From the NCBI RefSeq assembly GCF_016903815.1, contig NZ_CP069973.1: 64,000 nt of DNA; one strand, written 5' to 3'. Each line of letters opens with the position of its first letter. Within the stretch, counting starts at the first letter, position 1. A program made the position numbers and the translations under genes. The notes beneath the pieces were generated by a model that ran no database searches, was not told the DNA's origin, and saw only the letters and a list, made by a program, of their open reading frames with translations. Below, in pieces: positions 1 through 10,408 of the stretch. This DNA comes from Escherichia coli (GTDB taxonomy: Bacteria; Pseudomonadota; Gammaproteobacteria; Enterobacterales; Enterobacteriaceae).

Positions 1-450
1 CGCCGGTTCGTTAAATGCAATATGACCGTCGTTACCTACACCGCCCATAAACAGATGAATTTTTCCGTAAGAACGGATTTTTTCTTCATACTGGCGGCAC
101 TCGGCGTCGATATCCGGGGCGTTGCCGTTGAGAAGGTTGATGTTTTCTGCTGGAATATCAACGTGATCGAAGAAATTACGGTGCATAAAGCTGTAGTAGC
201 TTTCCGGATGCTCTTTCGGCAGACCGACATATTCGTCCATGTTGAAGGTGACAACGTGCTTAAAGCTGACCTGGCCTGCTTTATGCATTTCGACTAACGC
301 TTTATAGGTGGTCATCGGCGTGCCGCCAGTCGGCAGGCCCAGAACAAACGGACGATCGGCAGTCGGTTTGAACGCATTGATACGATTGACGATATGGCGA
401 GCAGCCCATTTGCCGACCTGTTCAGCGGTAGTCAGGGGGATCAGTCTCAT
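1..450 (-). CDS. nagB: glucosamine-6-phosphate deaminase NagB, N-terminal part; the 3' end lies beyond the window start
   Basis: Reverse-strand translation from the ATG (plus-strand CAT at 448-450) gives [29 protein letters not shown]..., matching NagB from memory; divergent from nagE as in E. coli. Confidence 0.9.
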
Positions 451-607
451 TATTCACCTCAATAAGTAAAATGTAAGCCGTTGGCGGATTAGGCATCTTT
501 AAGCGTAACCTGGATTTGCGCAGACAGGCGTCAATCCGACCTGATTTTTTGAATGATAAAATAAGTTTTCTGGTTTAGCCAGTAAAAGGGAGTGATGATA
601 ACGATAT

Positions 608-625
608 TTGGTGACAAAACTCACA
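608..625. promoter_or_regulatory. CRP-like site (GTGA-N6-TCACA) in the nagB-nagE divergent promoter region
   Basis: Sequence ttggtgacaaaactcaca read directly; close to the TGTGA-N6-TCACA consensus; the nag divergent region is known to be CRP/NagC controlled. Confidence 0.45.
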
Positions 626-782
626 AAAGACACGCGTTTAATTTGCGATACGAATTAAATTTTCACACACTCTGTAGCAGATGATCTAACAATCTGATTA
701 CAGAACATCGGCAGTACAATTTGCAGCAAAATAAAAATACGGCTTTAAACGAGCCAAATAGGGTTCTCGTAGGGGGAATAAG

Positions 783-2729
783 ATGAATATTTTAGGTTTT
801 TTCCAGCGACTCGGTAGGGCGTTACAGCTCCCTATCGCGGTGCTGCCGGTGGCGGCGCTGTTGCTGCGATTCGGTCAGCCAGATTTACTTAACGTTGCGT
901 TTATTGCCCAGGCGGGCGGTGCGATTTTTGATAACCTCGCATTAATCTTCGCCATCGGCGTGGCATCCAGCTGGTCGAAAGACAGCGCAGGTGCGGCGGC
1001 ACTGGCGGGTGCGGTAGGTTACTTTGTGTTAACCAAAGCGATGGTGACCATCAACCCGGAAATTAACATGGGTGTACTGGCGGGTATCATTACCGGTCTG
1101 GTCGGTGGTGCAGCCTATAACCGTTGGTCCGATATTAAACTGCCGGACTTCCTGAGCTTCTTCGGCGGCAAACGCTTTGTGCCGATCGCCACCGGCTTCT
1201 TCTGTCTGGTGCTGGCGGCCATTTTTGGTTACGTCTGGCCGCCGGTACAGCACGCTATCCATGCAGGCGGCGAGTGGATCGTTTCTGCGGGCGCGCTGGG
1301 TTCCGGTATCTTTGGTTTCATCAACCGTCTGCTGATCCCAACCGGTCTGCATCAGGTGCTGAACACCATCGCCTGGTTCCAGATTGGTGAATTCACCAAC
1401 GCGGCGGGAACGGTTTTCCACGGTGATATCAACCGCTTCTATGCCGGTGACGGCACCGCGGGGATGTTCATGTCCGGCTTCTTCCCGATTATGATGTTCG
1501 GTCTGCCAGGTGCGGCGCTGGCGATGTACTTCGCAGCACCGAAAGAGCGTCGTCCGATGGTTGGCGGGATGCTGCTTTCTGTTGCTGTTACTGCGTTCCT
1601 GACCGGTGTGACTGAGCCGCTGGAATTCCTGTTCATGTTCCTTGCGCCGCTGCTGTACCTCCTGCACGCACTGCTGACCGGTATCAGCCTGTTTGTGGCA
1701 ACGCTGCTGGGTATCCACGCGGGCTTCTCCTTCTCTGCGGGGGCTATCGACTACGCGTTGATGTATAACCTGCCGGCCGCCAGCCAGAACGTCTGGATGC
1801 TGCTGGTGATGGGTGTTGTCTTCTTCGCTATCTACTTCGTGGTGTTCAGTTTGGTTATCCGCATGTTCAACCTGAAAACGCCGGGTCGTGAAGATAAAGA
1901 AGATGAGATCGTTACTGAAGAAGCCAACAGCAACACTGAAGAAGGCCTCAATCAACTGGCGACCAACTATATTGCTGCGGTTGGCGGCACTGACAACCTG
2001 AAAGCAATTGACGCCTGTATTACTCGTCTGCGCCTGACCGTGGTTGACTCGGCTCGCGTCAACGATGCGATGTGTAAACGGCTGGGTGCTTCTGGGGTAG
2101 TGAAACTGAACAAACAGACTATTCAGGTGATTGTTGGCGCGAAAGCGGAATCCATTGGCGATGCAATGAAGAAAGTTGTTGCCCGTGGTCCGGTAGCCGC
2201 TGCGTCAGCTGAAACTGCGCCTGCAACTGCCGCGCCTGTAGCAAAACCGCAGGCTATACCAAACGCGGTGTCTGTCGCGGAGCTGGTATCGCCGATTACC
2301 GGTGATGTTGTGGCACTGGATCAGGTTCCTGACGAAGCATTCGCCAGCAAAGCGGTGGGTGACGGTGTGGCGGTGAAACCGACAGATAAAATCGTCGTAT
2401 CACCAGCCGCAGGGACAATCGTGAAAATCTTCAACACCAACCACGCGTTCTGTCTGGAAACCGAAAAAGGCGCGGAGATCGTCGTCCATATGGGTATCGA
2501 CACCGTAGCGCTGGAAGGTAAAGGCTTTAAACGTCTGGTGGAAGAGGGCGCGCAAGTAAGCGCAGGGCAACCGATTCTGGAAATGGATCTGGATTACCTG
2601 AACGCTAACGCCCGTTCGATGATTAGCCCGGTGGTTTGCAGCAATATCGACGATTTCAGCGGCTTGATCATTAAAGCTCAGGGCCATGTTGTGGCGGGTC
2701 AAACACCGCTGTATGAAATCAAAAAGTAA
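783..2729 (+). CDS. nagE: PTS N-acetylglucosamine-specific EIICBA component
   Basis: 648 aa ORF; membrane EIIC N-terminal half, EIIB Cys motif (DACITRLR) and C-terminal EIIA domain; recognised as NagE. Confidence 0.95.
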   Translation: MNILGFFQRLGRALQLPIAVLPVAALLLRFGQPDLLNVAFIAQAGGAIFDNLALIFAIGVASSWSKDSAGAAALAGAVGYFVLTKAMVTINPEINMGVLAGIITGLVGGAAYNRWSDIKLPDFLSFFGGKRFVPIATGFFCLVLAAIFGYVWPPVQHAIHAGGEWIVSAGALGSGIFGFINRLLIPTGLHQVLNTIAWFQIGEFTNAAGTVFHGDINRFYAGDGTAGMFMSGFFPIMMFGLPGAALAMYFAAPKERRPMVGGMLLSVAVTAFLTGVTEPLEFLFMFLAPLLYLLHALLTGISLFVATLLGIHAGFSFSAGAIDYALMYNLPAASQNVWMLLVMGVVFFAIYFVVFSLVIRMFNLKTPGREDKEDEIVTEEANSNTEEGLNQLATNYIAAVGGTDNLKAIDACITRLRLTVVDSARVNDAMCKRLGASGVVKLNKQTIQVIVGAKAESIGDAMKKVVARGPVAAASAETAPATAAPVAKPQAIPNAVSVAELVSPITGDVVALDQVPDEAFASKAVGDGVAVKPTDKIVVSPAAGTIVKIFNTNHAFCLETEKGAEIVVHMGIDTVALEGKGFKRLVEEGAQVSAGQPILEMDLDYLNANARSMISPVVCSNIDDFSGLIIKAQGHVVAGQTPLYEIKK

Positions 2730-2743
2730 TCTGCTTTATACCT

Positions 2744-2767
2744 GATGCGACACGGCAGCGTCGCATC
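2744..2767. repeat. REP-like palindromic hairpin immediately downstream of nagE
   Basis: gatgcgacacggcagcgtcgcatc forms an inverted repeat directly after the nagE stop codon. Confidence 0.4.
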
Positions 2768-2789
2768 CAACAATGACAAGCGGTGGAGA

Positions 2790-3520
2790 TCTTCTCTGCC
2801 GCTTTTTTTGTGCACAGAAAACCCCCAGCTAGGCTGGGGGTTCCGGAAAGCTTTCAGCTTTAAGCCAGTTATTAAAACCCCTTTTGATTTGTTAAAACAC
2901 CTTGCGGTCTGGCAACTGCAAGTGTCAAACAAGAAATCAAAAGGGGGTCCCAATGGGGAACGAAAAGAGCTTAGCGCACACCCGATGGAACTGTAAATAT
3001 CACATAGTTTTTGCGCCAAAATACCGAAGACAGGTGTTCTACAGAGAGAAGCGTAGAGCAATAGGCAGTATTTTGAGAAAGCTGTGTGAGTGGAAAAGTG
3101 TACGGATTCTGGAAGCTGAATGCTGTGCAGATCATATCCATATGCTTGTGGAGATCCCGCCCAAAATGAGCGTATCCGGCTTTATGGGATATCTGAAAGG
3201 GAAAAGCAGTCTGATGCTTTACGAGCAGTTTGGTGATTTGAAATTCAAATACAGGAACAGGGAGTTCTGGTGCAGAGGGTACTACGTCGATACGGTGGGT
3301 AAGAACACGGCGAAGATACAGGATTACATAAAGCACCAGCTTGAAGAGGATAAAATGGGAGAGCAGTTATCGATTCCCTATCCGGGCAGCCCGTTTACGG
3401 GCCGTAAGTAACGAAGTTGGATGCAAATGTCAGATCGTGTGCGCCTGTTAGGGCGCGGCTGGTAAGAGAGCCTTATAGGCGCATTTGAAAAACCTCCGGC
3501 TATGCCGGAGGATATTTATT
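2790..3520 (+). mobile_element. IS200 (IS200/IS605 family) insertion sequence, boundaries approximate
   Basis: Perfect hairpin cccccagctagctggggg (about 2822-2843), a second long stem-loop ccccttttgatt...aatcaaaagggggt spanning the tnpA ribosome-binding site, a 152 aa Y1 transposase and a right-end hairpin (cctccggctatgccggagg); the nagE-glnS spacer is about 0.7 kb longer than I recall for K-12. Confidence 0.85.
2953..3411 (+). CDS. tnpA: IS200 transposase TnpA (HUH/Y1 family)
   Basis: Translation MGNEKSLAHTRWNCKYHIVFAPKYRRQVFY...HIHMLVEIPP... with the HxH (HUH) motif; near-identical to Salmonella IS200 TnpA as I recall it. The ORF-track entry starts upstream at 2902; the ATG at 2953 is the homologous start. 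Confidence 0.9.
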   Translation: MGNEKSLAHTRWNCKYHIVFAPKYRRQVFYREKRRAIGSILRKLCEWKSVRILEAECCADHIHMLVEIPPKMSVSGFMGYLKGKSSLMLYEQFGDLKFKYRNREFWCRGYYVDTVGKNTAKIQDYIKHQLEEDKMGEQLSIPYPGSPFTGRK

Positions 3521-3643
3521 TTTCATCAATCATCCCCATAATCTCAGTGAGATTTTCGATTTTCACTAACTAACAGTTGTCAGCCTGTCCCGCTTATAAG
3601 ATCATACGCCGTTATACGTTGTTTACGCTTTGAGGAATCCACG

Positions 3644-5308
3644 ATGAGTGAGGCAGAAGCCCGCCCGACTAACTTTATTCGTCAGATCATCGATGAAGAT
3701 CTGGCCAGTGGTAAGCACACCACAGTACACACCCGTTTCCCGCCGGAGCCGAATGGCTATCTGCATATTGGCCATGCGAAATCTATCTGCCTGAACTTCG
3801 GGATCGCCCAGGACTATAAAGGCCAGTGCAACCTGCGTTTCGACGACACTAACCCGGTAAAAGAAGATATCGAGTATGTTGAGTCGATCAAAAACGACGT
3901 AGAGTGGTTAGGTTTTCACTGGTCTGGTAACGTCCGTTACTCCTCCGATTATTTTGATCAGCTCCACGCCTATGCGATCGAACTGATCAATAAAGGCCTG
4001 GCGTACGTTGATGAACTGACACCGGAACAGATCCGCGAATACCGCGGCACCCTGACGCAGCCGGGTAAAAACAGCCCGTACCGCGACCGCAGCGTTGAAG
4101 AGAACCTGGCGCTGTTCGAAAAAATGCGTACCGGTGGTTTTGAAGAAGGTAAAGCCTGCCTGCGTGCGAAAATCGACATGGCGTCGCCATTTATCGTAAT
4201 GCGCGATCCGGTGCTGTACCGCATTAAATTTGCTGAACACCACCAGACTGGCAACAAGTGGTGCATCTACCCGATGTACGACTTCACCCATTGCATCAGC
4301 GATGCGCTGGAAGGTATTACGCACTCTCTGTGTACGCTTGAGTTCCAGGACAACCGTCGCCTGTACGACTGGGTGCTGGACAACATCACCATTCCTGTTC
4401 ACCCGCGCCAGTACGAATTCTCGCGCCTGAATCTGGAATACACTGTGATGTCCAAGCGTAAGCTGAACCTGCTGGTGACCGACAAGCACGTTGAAGGCTG
4501 GGATGACCCGCGTATGCCGACCATTTCCGGTCTGCGTCGTCGTGGTTACACTGCGGCTTCTATTCGTGAGTTCTGCAAACGCATCGGTGTGACCAAGCAG
4601 GACAACACCATTGAGATGGCGTCACTGGAATCCTGCATCCGTGAAGATCTCAACGAAAATGCGCCGCGCGCAATGGCGGTTATCGATCCGGTGAAACTGG
4701 TTATCGAAAACTACCATGGCGAAGGCGAAATGGTCACCATGCCGAACCATCCGAACAAACCGGAAATGGGGAGCCGTCAGGTGCCGTTTAGCGGTGAGAT
4801 TTGGATCGATCGCGCCGATTTCCGCGAAGAAGCTAACAAGCAGTACAAACGTCTGGTGCTGGGTAAAGAAGTGCGTCTGCGTAATGCTTACGTCATTAAG
4901 GCTGAACGCGTGGAGAAAGATGCCGAAGGCAATATCACCACCATCTTCTGTACTTATGACGCCGACACCTTAAGCAAAGATCCGGCAGATGGTCGTAAAG
5001 TCAAAGGTGTTATTCACTGGGTGAGCGCGGCACATGCGCTGCCGGTTGAAATCCGCCTGTACGATCGTCTGTTCAGCGTGCCGAACCCAGGTGCTGCGGA
5101 TGATTTCCTGTCGGTGATTAACCCGGAATCGCTGGTGATCAAACAGGGCTTTGCTGAACCGTCTCTGAAAGACGCGGTTGCGGGTAAAGCATTCCAGTTT
5201 GAACGTGAAGGTTATTTCTGCCTCGACAGCCGCCATTCCACTGCCGAAAAACCGGTATTTAACCGCACCGTAGGGCTGCGTGATACCTGGGCGAAAGTAG
5301 GCGAGTAG
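3644..5308 (+). CDS. glnS: glutaminyl-tRNA synthetase
   Basis: 554 aa; class I HIGH motif (LHIGHAKS) and VMSKR (KMSKS-type) motif present in the translation. Confidence 0.95.
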   Translation: MSEAEARPTNFIRQIIDEDLASGKHTTVHTRFPPEPNGYLHIGHAKSICLNFGIAQDYKGQCNLRFDDTNPVKEDIEYVESIKNDVEWLGFHWSGNVRYSSDYFDQLHAYAIELINKGLAYVDELTPEQIREYRGTLTQPGKNSPYRDRSVEENLALFEKMRTGGFEEGKACLRAKIDMASPFIVMRDPVLYRIKFAEHHQTGNKWCIYPMYDFTHCISDALEGITHSLCTLEFQDNRRLYDWVLDNITIPVHPRQYEFSRLNLEYTVMSKRKLNLLVTDKHVEGWDDPRMPTISGLRRRGYTAASIREFCKRIGVTKQDNTIEMASLESCIREDLNENAPRAMAVIDPVKLVIENYHGEGEMVTMPNHPNKPEMGSRQVPFSGEIWIDRADFREEANKQYKRLVLGKEVRLRNAYVIKAERVEKDAEGNITTIFCTYDADTLSKDPADGRKVKGVIHWVSAAHALPVEIRLYDRLFSVPNPGAADDFLSVINPESLVIKQGFAEPSLKDAVAGKAFQFEREGYFCLDSRHSTAEKPVFNRTVGLRDTWAKVGE

Positions 5309-5324
5309 TTTTAAGTTCTACCAG

Positions 5325-5357
5325 GCCGGGTGAGGTATTCACGCCGCATCCGGCAAG
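5325..5357. repeat. REP (repetitive extragenic palindrome) element
   Basis: tcacgccgcatccggca is the reverse complement of the GCCGGATGCGGCGTGA REP core. Confidence 0.6.
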
Positions 5358-5374
5358 AAATATGCAAACAATCC

Positions 5375-5403
5375 AAAACGCCGCGTTCAGCGGCGTTTTT
5401 TCT
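5375..5403 (+). terminator. Rho-independent terminator downstream of glnS
   Basis: Hairpin aacgccgcgttcagcggcgtt followed by a T-run. Confidence 0.7.
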
Positions 5404-5755
5404 GCTTTTCTTCGCGAATTAATTCTGCTTCGCAATTTATCCATAAAATAAATTTAAAATCACAAAACATAATTAAATAAAATGTAACCGCTTTCATCTT
5501 GCTGGAAATTCACGCTTTTATTCTTCTGCAAGCCTTTCAACCGCAAACTTAAGCCTTGTAACAAAAATCATCAAAATATGTGCGGTTGCTCATGTTCTTA
5601 CATTCTGGTTACAGAAAGAGATTGATAATTCGCGTCGCGAAAAATAGTCTGTTCCTGTAGTCAGCGAGACTTTTCTCAACGCTACTTTTTTAATTTTTAT
5701 TTTTTTCGCTGTTCACCTTTGGTGCAGCAATTTATACGTCAAAGAGGATTAACCC

Positions 5756-7162
5756 ATGCGTACGTTTAGTGGCAAACGTAGTACGCTGGCGCTGGCTATC
5801 GCCGGTGTTACAGCAATGTCGGGCTTTATGGCAATGCCGGAGGCTCGCGCCGAAGGATTTATCGACGATTCAACCTTAACCGGCGGTATCTATTACTGGC
5901 AGCGTGAACGCGACCGTAAAGATGTTACCGACGGCGACAAATACAAAACCAACCTTTCTCACTCCACCTGGAACGCCAACCTCGATTTTCAGTCTGGTTA
6001 TGCTGCTGATATGTTCGGCCTTGATATTGCTGCGTTTACGGCGATTGAAATGGCGGAAAACGGTGACAGCTCTCACCCGAACGAAATCGCGTTTTCAAAA
6101 AGCAATAAAGCCTATGACGAAGACTGGTCCGGCGACAAAAGCGGTATAAGCCTGTATAAAGCAGCGGCCAAATTTAAATACGGTCCGGTGTGGGCGAGGG
6201 CAGGTTACATTCAGCCAACTGGTCAGACGCTGTTAGCGCCGCACTGGAGCTTTATGCCGGGTACTTATCAGGGGGCGGAAGCCGGGGCGAATTTTGATTA
6301 CGGCGATGCTGGTGCGTTGAGTTTCTCCTACATGTGGACCAACGAATACAAAGCACCGTGGCATCTGGAAATGGATGAGTTTTATCAGAACGATAAAACC
6401 ACCAAAGTTGATTATCTTCACTCCATCGGTGCGAAATACGACTTCAAAAATAACTTCGTACTGGAAGCGGCATTTGGTCAGGCGGAAGGGTATATCGATC
6501 AATATTTTGCCAAAGCCAGCTACAAATTTGATATCGCCGGTAGCCCGTTAACCACCAGTTACCAGTTCTATGGTACGCGCGATAAAGTTGACGATCGCAG
6601 CGTCAACGATCTTTATGACGGCACCGCCTGGCTGCAAGCGTTGACCTTTGGTTACCGGGCGGCTGACGTAGTGGATTTGCGCCTCGAAGGCACCTGGGTT
6701 AAGGCTGACGGTCAGCAGGGATACTTCCTGCAACGTATGACTCCAACCTACGCTTCCTCCAACGGCCGCCTGGATATCTGGTGGGATAACCGTTCCGACT
6801 TCAACGCTAACGGCGAAAAAGCGGTCTTCTTCGGTGCGATGTATGACCTGAAAAACTGGAATCTTCCAGGCTTCGCCATCGGCGCTTCCTACGTTTACGC
6901 ATGGGATGCTAAACCCGCTACCTGGCAGAGCAATCCGGATGCGTACTACGACAAGAACCGGACTATTGAAGAGTCTGCATATAGCCTGGATGCGGTTTAC
7001 ACCATTCAGGACGGCCGCGCCAAAGGCACGATGTTCAAACTGCACTTCACCGAATACGACAACCACTCCGACATCCCAAGCTGGGGCGGTGGTTACGGCA
7101 ACATCTTCCAGGATGAGCGTGACGTGAAATTTATGGTAATCGCACCATTCACCATCTTCTGA
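5756..7162 (+). CDS. chiP: chitoporin (OprD-family outer membrane porin) ChiP/YbfM
   Basis: 468 aa with signal peptide and C-terminal aromatic residue typical of a beta-barrel porin; SD agagga upstream; recognised as ChiP. Confidence 0.9.
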   Translation: MRTFSGKRSTLALAIAGVTAMSGFMAMPEARAEGFIDDSTLTGGIYYWQRERDRKDVTDGDKYKTNLSHSTWNANLDFQSGYAADMFGLDIAAFTAIEMAENGDSSHPNEIAFSKSNKAYDEDWSGDKSGISLYKAAAKFKYGPVWARAGYIQPTGQTLLAPHWSFMPGTYQGAEAGANFDYGDAGALSFSYMWTNEYKAPWHLEMDEFYQNDKTTKVDYLHSIGAKYDFKNNFVLEAAFGQAEGYIDQYFAKASYKFDIAGSPLTTSYQFYGTRDKVDDRSVNDLYDGTAWLQALTFGYRAADVVDLRLEGTWVKADGQQGYFLQRMTPTYASSNGRLDIWWDNRSDFNANGEKAVFFGAMYDLKNWNLPGFAIGASYVYAWDAKPATWQSNPDAYYDKNRTIEESAYSLDAVYTIQDGRAKGTMFKLHFTEYDNHSDIPSWGGGYGNIFQDERDVKFMVIAPFTIF

Positions 7163-7211
7163 TGCCCGACGCGGCAGGTTTTGTGCCTGCCGCACGTTTG
7201 AGGAATTTGCT

Positions 7212-7538
7212 ATGAAAAAACTGATTCTCATCGCCATGATGGCATCGGGGCTGGTGGCTTGTGCGCAATCAACCGCGCCACAGGAAGACAGCCGTCTGAA
7301 AGAGGCATACAGCGCCTGTATCAACACCGCACAAGGTTCGCCAGAAAAAATTGAAGCCTGCCAGAGCGTGTTAAACGTGCTGAAGAAAGAGAAACAACAT
7401 CAGCAGTTTGCCGACCAGGAAAGTGTACGCGTACTGGATTATCAGCAGTGTCTGCGCGCAACGCAAACCGGAAATGATCAGGCGGTAAAAGCCGACTGTG
7501 ATAAGGTCTGGCAGGAAATTCGCAGTAATAACAAATAA
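7212..7538 (+). CDS. chiQ: lipoprotein ChiQ/YbfN
   Basis: 108 aa with lipobox (LVAC); immediately downstream of chiP as in E. coli. Confidence 0.85.
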   Translation: MKKLILIAMMASGLVACAQSTAPQEDSRLKEAYSACINTAQGSPEKIEACQSVLNVLKKEKQHQQFADQESVRVLDYQQCLRATQTGNDQAVKADCDKVWQEIRSNNK

Positions 7539-7577
7539 GTGAGAGCTGTAACTCTCGCTTTTCTTATTTCCCGTGTA

Positions 7578-7610
7578 TAAAAAAGCCAACCCGCAGGTTG
7601 GCTTTTCTCG
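7578..7610. terminator. bidirectional Rho-independent terminator between chiQ and fur
   Basis: Hairpin agccaacccgcaggttggct flanked by an A-run and a T-run. Confidence 0.7.
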
Positions 7611-7621
7611 TTCCGGCTGGC

Positions 7622-8068
7622 TTATTTGCCTTCGTGCGCGTGCTCATCTTCGCGGCAATCGCCTTCGGCACAGTGACCGTAAAGATAGAGACTGTGGTTA
7701 GTCAGGCGAATGCCATGTTTTGCGGCAATTTCACGCTGACGCGCTTCGATGGAATCATCACTAAATTCGATTACCTTGCCGCAGTCGAGGCAGATCAGGT
7801 GATCGTGGTGATGTTGCTGTGTCAGTTCAAATACGGATTTACCGCCTTCAAAATTGTGGCGGGTGACGATACCAGCGTCGTCAAACTGGTTCAGTACGCG
7901 ATATACCGTAGCCAGACCAATTTCTTCACCCATATCGATCAGACGTTTGTATAAATCTTCCGCACTGACGTGATGGTTGTCCGGCTCCTGAAGAACTTCC
8001 AGGATTTTTAAACGAGGAAGCGTTACTTTCAGGCCAGCTTTCTTTAGGGCGGTATTGTTATCAGTCAT
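7622..8068 (-). CDS. fur: ferric uptake regulator Fur
   Basis: 148 aa MTDNNTALKKAGLKVTLPRLKILEVLQEP...; metal-binding HHDH and Cys motifs; recognised as Fur. Confidence 0.95.
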   Translation of the reverse strand: MTDNNTALKKAGLKVTLPRLKILEVLQEPDNHHVSAEDLYKRLIDMGEEIGLATVYRVLNQFDDAGIVTRHNFEGGKSVFELTQQHHHDHLICLDCGKVIEFSDDSIEARQREIAAKHGIRLTNHSLYLYGHCAEGDCREDEHAHEGK

Positions 8069-8147
8069 GCGGAATCTGTCCTGTTACTAAGCGGTTCACT
8101 TCATTAGGAGAAGTGACAGAATTTGCTCTTGAGATAATGCGTATCAT
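8061..8147 (-). CDS. uof: uof, 28-codon upstream ORF translationally coupled to fur
   Basis: Direct translation of the reverse strand gives MIRIISRANSVTSPNEVNRLVTGQIPHD, with the TGA overlapping the fur ATG (ATGACTGA). Too short for the ORF track, which shows it only as the tail of a longer reading frame. Confidence 0.75.
   Translation of the reverse strand: MIRIISRANSVTSPNEVNRLVTGQIPHD
8123..8140. promoter_or_regulatory. Fur-box-like operator (fur autoregulation)
   Basis: gataatgcgtatcattat matches about 15 of 19 positions of the Fur-box consensus GATAATGATAATCATTATC; it overlaps the uof start. Confidence 0.55.
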
Positions 8148-8325
8148 TATAGAATTGCCACGCCTAAATGAAAACCACAAGTCCCTGGCAAATATTGTTA
8201 ATAAAAACGTGGCACAGCTTACATTTACAACGGCAAGGCCACTTGAACACCGGGACATTGTACAGGTACAACAGCAAAAGTTACAAATTTGTAGCAATTA
8301 TTTTGATTGGCATTATCTATTAATA

Positions 8326-8349
8326 CGGCGTAGACATGAGTCTACGCCG
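8326..8349 (-). terminator. hairpin downstream of fldA (partial terminator before uof-fur)
   Basis: cggcgtagacatgagtctacgccg, a perfect 10 bp stem. Confidence 0.45.
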
Positions 8350-8356
8350 CATCACA

Positions 8357-8887
8357 TCAGGCATTGAGAATTTCGTCGAGATGCAACTCTTCAGAAATCT
8401 GTTTAACCCATTTTTCTACACGTTCAGCGGTCAGTTCCGGCTGACGGTCTTCGTCGATAGCCAGACCGACAAAGTGGTCGTCATCTGCCAGACCTTTTGA
8501 TGCTTCGAAATGATAGCCCGCAGTTGGCCAGTGACCAACAATGGTTGCACCGCGCGGTTCAATGATGTCGCGGATGGTGCCCAATGCGTCACAGAAGTAT
8601 TCAGCGTAATCTTCCTGGTCACCACAACCAAACAGCGCAACCAGTTTGCCATTGAAATCAATCTCTTCGAGAGTCGGAAAGAAGTCATCCCAGTCACACT
8701 GCGCTTCGCCGTAATACCAGGTTGGGATGCCCAGCAGCAGAATGTCATATGCTTCCAGATCTTCTTTGCTGCTTTTTGCAATGTCATGGACATCGGCAAC
8801 GTCTTTACCAAGCTGTTTTTGAATCATTTTTGCGATATTTTCGGTATTACCGGTGTCGCTGCCGAAAAAGATGCCAGTGATAGCCAT
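8357..8887 (-). CDS. fldA: flavodoxin 1
   Basis: 176 aa [23 protein letters not shown]... with the flavodoxin FMN-binding signature. The ORF-track entry extends upstream to 9004; I place the start at the homologous ATG. Confidence 0.95.
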
Positions 8888-9026
8888 GAGTGAAATAACC
8901 TCTTGAAACTTATTGAAATGGGGGTGGAAAATTGCCCACGGATAAAGGCAATCATAGCAGAACAGGCAGTCTTGCGGAATCAGCAAACGAGCAGGACTGC
9001 ACACTGTGCTACATGAAAGTGGAAAT

Positions 9027-9320
9027 TTAAACGATGCCCTGACTACGCAGCGCCGCCAGTTGCTGCATTAACATCTCTTCGATCAGTTCGCTACGGCTCA
9101 TATTGCGCGATTCCGCCAGCTCGTTCAGCGCCTCGACAGCTTCCGCGTTCAGCTTCAGTTCGACACGCTTAAGGCCACGTACTTTATCGCGTTTTAGCTG
9201 GTTGCGTTTATTAATACGCAGCTGTTCATCGCGCGAAAGCGGATTAGTTTTCGGTCGTCCCGGTCGACGCTCGTGCGCGAACAGATCTAATGTCGTACGG
9301 TCCGTTTGTTCTTTGGCCAT
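9027..9320 (-). CDS. ybfE: LexA-regulated protein YbfE (CopB-like)
   Basis: 97 aa [38 protein letters not shown]...; the open frame continues upstream to 9389, so the start is uncertain. Confidence 0.8.
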   Translation of the reverse strand: MAKEQTDRTTLDLFAHERRPGRPKTNPLSRDEQLRINKRNQLKRDKVRGLKRVELKLNAEAVEALNELAESRNMSRSELIEEMLMQQLAALRSQGIV

Positions 9321-9459
9321 GATCTTGGTGACTTCGGGGGAAACAATCAGCCAGGCCTCTGCCCGGATGGATAGCGCGCCATAATACATCAGCGCGATGA
9401 GTCACGCCAACGCCCACGCGCGGAAAGCGACGCGGACGCTGGGTTTTTAATCAGTTGCG

Positions 9460-10224
9460 TTAATCATTGAGATAGCGACGGATAGCGCGTAATACCGCAT
9501 CCGGTTTTTCAGCATGGACCCAGTGACCCGCGCCTGCAATCACATGCGCCCGTGCCTGTGGAAATTGTGCCAGTAAATCATCGCGGTACTGCTCGCTAAC
9601 ATACGGAGAATTGCCGCCAGGGATAAACAGGGCAGGGTGATCCCATGCCGGGATTTTCTCCCAACCCACAATATGCGGATACTGATCCCACAATACCGGC
9701 ACGTTAAAGCGCCACTCCCCGTCAACAAAAGATTTCAGCAGAAACTGAATCACCCCTTCTTCATTAAGATGCTGGCGCATTATTGCCGCTGCTTGCTGGC
9801 GAGTTTGTGCGTCCGATTCACTGACTGCGTTGATGGCCGCGAAAATCTCATCATGCCGGCGAACGTGATAATCGACCGGAGCAATATCAATTGCCACCAG
9901 CTTGTCAATCCGATCGGGGGCCAGTGCAGTAAGTGCCATTACCGCTTTACCGCCCATGGAGTGACCGATAAATGTTGCTTTGTCGATCTGCAGTGCATCC
10001 AGGGTATCAACAAGATCCTGGGCCATCGCCGGGTAATTCATTACCGGATCTCTCGGTGAAAGACCGTGGTTACGCATATCAACCTGGATGATATTGTGAT
10101 CGTTTACCAGATCGCGAGCCAGTACGCCAAGGTTGTCTAGGCTACCAAACAGACCATGGACAAGAACGATGGGAGAATTATTGTGCTGGTTTTGTGCAGT
10201 TTGCGCGCGGATATTCAATTTCAT
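9460..10224 (-). CDS. ybfF: esterase YbfF (alpha/beta hydrolase)
   Basis: 254 aa; GHSMGG nucleophile-elbow motif in the translation. Confidence 0.9.
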   Translation of the reverse strand: MKLNIRAQTAQNQHNNSPIVLVHGLFGSLDNLGVLARDLVNDHNIIQVDMRNHGLSPRDPVMNYPAMAQDLVDTLDALQIDKATFIGHSMGGKAVMALTALAPDRIDKLVAIDIAPVDYHVRRHDEIFAAINAVSESDAQTRQQAAAIMRQHLNEEGVIQFLLKSFVDGEWRFNVPVLWDQYPHIVGWEKIPAWDHPALFIPGGNSPYVSEQYRDDLLAQFPQARAHVIAGAGHWVHAEKPDAVLRAIRRYLND

Positions 10225-10408
10225 GGCAAAGTTCTTTTTTTCGCGTTGTCGGGTTAGGGTATTATGTTGACCATTGTGCCACAGGGCTGCAACAAATAAG
10301 GTTTATTCCGAGTTTTTCTGCAAGCCAGGCTTGACGCTATCCGCTGCCGGGATTTATTCATATACTCCTGGCGACTTGTATTCAGCTAAGACACTGCACT
10401 GGATTAAG

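Noticed and set aside
1029-1955. 308 aa ORF antisense to nagE
   Set aside because: Shadow ORF within a conserved transporter gene; low-complexity, His/Arg-rich translation.
2699-3061. ORFs on both strands across the IS200 left end (2699-3061 minus, 2745-2996 plus)
   Set aside because: This region is dominated by the IS200 terminator and RBS-sequestering hairpins; the frames are byproducts of the palindromes.
8061-8297. 78 aa ORF-track entry upstream of fur
   Set aside because: Only the last 28 codons (uof, 8061-8147) match the known leader ORF; the longer frame is an artefact of alternative-start calling.
9321-9459. Expected LexA box upstream of ybfE
   Set aside because: I looked for a CTGT-N8-ACAG motif in the region upstream of the ybfE start and did not see a convincing match, so no LexA site is annotated.
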